Shown in pieces: positions 61,802 through 64,000 of a DNA stretch of 64,000 nt. Position numbers and translations under genes: made by a program. The DNA comes from Nemertoderma westbladi (Eukaryota; Animalia; Xenacoelomorpha). How positions within the stretch are numbered: the first letter of the stretch is position 1; each line of letters opens with the position of its first letter. The notes under the pieces are model-generated. The model was given only the letters and a program-made list of their open reading frames with translations, was not told the DNA's origin and searched no databases. The DNA lies in assembly GCA_032718475.1 (NCBI GenBank), contig JAUCBJ010007231.1, positions 36,742 to 100,741 of the forward strand, read 5' to 3'.

Positions 61802-62587
61802 TAAGGTGACCACCAGACGTCGCGCTTTTGGCGTGACAGTCCCGCTTTGGAGTCCCTGTCCCACTGTCCCCCGAGATGCCTGGTGGGACACCCGATTGTC
61901 CCGCTTTGGCTGAAACGATCCTGCTTTTCTAGTGAAATGTTGAATATTTTTATTTTAACTCTAACCTAAACTAAACCTTATGGTATGGAAATTTGAAATG
62001 ACTGATCTGACGCACTGCACTGCAGCTGTTAAGTTCACCCACAACTACCTGTACGGGCTGACTGAAATCGAAACTAAAACCATTTATTCAACAAAAACTA
62101 ACTGCCTTCATATTACCGTTTACTGATGAACTTATGTTTAAAGATATCGAACAAGCTTCGTTTGTTTCATTTTCCTTTGACAGTTCAAACCGAATGGTGC
62201 GGTGGCTGATTGCGGCCTATTATTTCCATTTTTTAATGTTTTTCACCTTGGTGAAAAATATTTAAATGTTTAACTATTGACTTTCGGTGATTGTTTTGAT
62301 TAGAATAACATGCCACTGTAACCTGATACTTTCACTTAATTGATTATTAAGATTGGTCGAGATATTATTCGCCAGGAGTGAATCTGGATCAAAAATGATA
62401 GCTTTCGATATTATTTATAAGGAATCTAACTACTGTACATGTGTTCAGAGTTCTGACACATTCCTGGCGCGTTTTTTACCCGAGTCATAAATGTTTTTCA
62501 CCTGGGTGATAAACTGACTTTTCTTCAGACCAAACTGGGCTCAGTTTAGGTGTCCCACTTTGGCACTCTGTGAATCTGGTCACCTTA
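61802..62587. mobile_element. Non-autonomous hAT element
   Basis: TIR taaggtgacca / tggtcacctta; perfect 8-bp TSD gatttggc at 61794 and 62588; inserted in a small repeat whose uninterrupted copy is at ~55040-55220. Confidence 0.92.
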
Positions 62588-63482
62588 GATTTGGCTGAGT
62601 TATTAATGATTAAAATTGAACACAACAGAACGACCGGCACCCTGATTGAGTTAGTGGGACCTGTATGCTAAGCAAGCTTACTTTCGTGGCTCGCCTACAA
62701 AAATGATTTAACCAAAGCCCTAAATGTTGTGCAAAGTCTCATTTTGGTAGTATACGGTATATTTAGATGCTACAGTAACGTGTAGATAAAGTTATATATT
62801 TAGGCCACGAGATACATTCTTCCACAGATGATGACTACGATATAAATCGGCAATCTTGTAGTCTTTATGCTAATTTACTTATTAGTAAATTCCATTCTTG
62901 TAATAATTTTGTTTAGGCACGTCTGTTCCGTGCATATTGTACAAATATATATGGCAACGCACTATGACCAAGGACCAATTACTCTGGCAATGCCCATGCC
63001 AAATTACATCCATATGTTTAATGTTGCGGATTGGTGTTGAGCATGGCATAAGCATATTACTACTATTGCCACTATTGTTTGTTAAACAGATATAGCTATT
63101 CTGTTTGCTACAGCCGTCAAACTTTGCCATCGTTTTATTTCTAAATTTACTTTGAATTTTATTTAATTTGTCTATTTTAATGTTTAATACAATCCACTGA
63201 AAACACTCGAAACGGGCGAAATGCGCATACAGGGTGTAGGGACATAAACTCTTTTTAATATACGTCGCAAGACCCTCATCTCAGTTCGACCTTCCCTCCA
63301 GCAGCCCCCTGGAGCGCTGGAGGCTCATCATATAATGTGCCAAATTACTTACAGCTTATAATACAGCTAATCGACTGTTTTTCACCATCCCTAGGATAGG
63401 ATGGTTGATAAGGATACTCTCCCCTCCCACGAGTATGTCACTAACTTGTAACCAACTTAGCTTACCAACGTTTGTGCATGCC

Positions 63483-64000
63483 AGAGTCAGGGCGATTGAA
63501 AGCCTTGCTAAGCGCATAGACCTGTCAGAGCCAGGGCAATTTAAAGCCTTGCTAAGCGTGTAGACCTGTCAGAGACGGGAGATTGAAAGCCTTGCTAAGC
63601 GCGTAGACCTGTCAGAGCCGTGCGATTGAGAGCCTTGCTAAGCGCATAGACCTGTCAGAGCCAGGGTGATTGAAAGCCTTGCTAAGCGTGTAGACCTGTC
63701 AGAGCCGGGCGATTGAGAGCCTTGCTAAGCGCGTAGACCTGTCAGAGCTGGGCGATTGAAAGCCTTGCTAAGCGTGTAGACCTGTCAGAGACGGGAGATT
63801 GAAAGCCTTGCTAAGCGCGTAGACCTGTCAGAGCCGTGCGATTGAGAGCCTTGCTAAGCGCATAGACCTGTCAGAGCCAGGGTGATTGAAAGCCTTGCTA
63901 AGCGTGTAGACCTGTCAGAGCCGGGCGATTGAGAGCCTTGCTAAGCGCGTAGACCTGTCAGAGCTGGGCGATTGAAAGCCTTGCTAAGCGTGTAGACCTC
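63483..64000. repeat. 43/44-bp minisatellite with a 216-bp higher-order unit
   Basis: Unit gattgaaagccttgctaagcgcgtagacctgtcagagccgggc; runs off the window end. Confidence 0.95.

Noticed and set aside
62822-62900. Candidate exon 6 after ttccacag
   Set aside because: In the required phase it hits a stop codon immediately.
62882-63130. 82-aa ORF as a transposase fragment or gene
   Set aside because: Only a vague DGCS.QN similarity; not supportable.

Overview
AT-rich eukaryotic genomic DNA, probably from a marine bilaterian invertebrate (inferred from the TE repertoire and CTCF-like motifs). Most of the window is nested transposable elements: CR1/L2/Crack-like, RTE, RTEX-like and Proto2-like LINEs, BEL and Gypsy LTR fragments, hAT, Harbinger and Kolobok DNA transposons, three copies of a tRNA-derived SINE, and minisatellites. 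One host gene can be assembled on the + strand from five phase-compatible exons (31711-59093; the 3' end was not found). It encodes a secreted protein with two PAN/apple-like modules, an EGF-like module and an unnamed C-terminal domain. Intron 1 holds two Penelope-like (PLE) insertions that carry hammerhead ribozyme motifs. The most unusual item is in a ~690-bp tandem array (38917-42072, 13-bp TSD, inverted terminus). Its last unit has a complete hammerhead core on the - strand (41776-41831) whose cleavage-site strand GCGUA/CUGG sits inside the loop of stem II, which fits none of the type I/II/III topologies. Also notable are a Kolobok transposase with an in-frame mucin-like Pro/Thr repeat and CTCF-like motifs at the same position in two diverged Kolobok ends. 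All calls were made by eye; clade names and ribozyme activity are untested.
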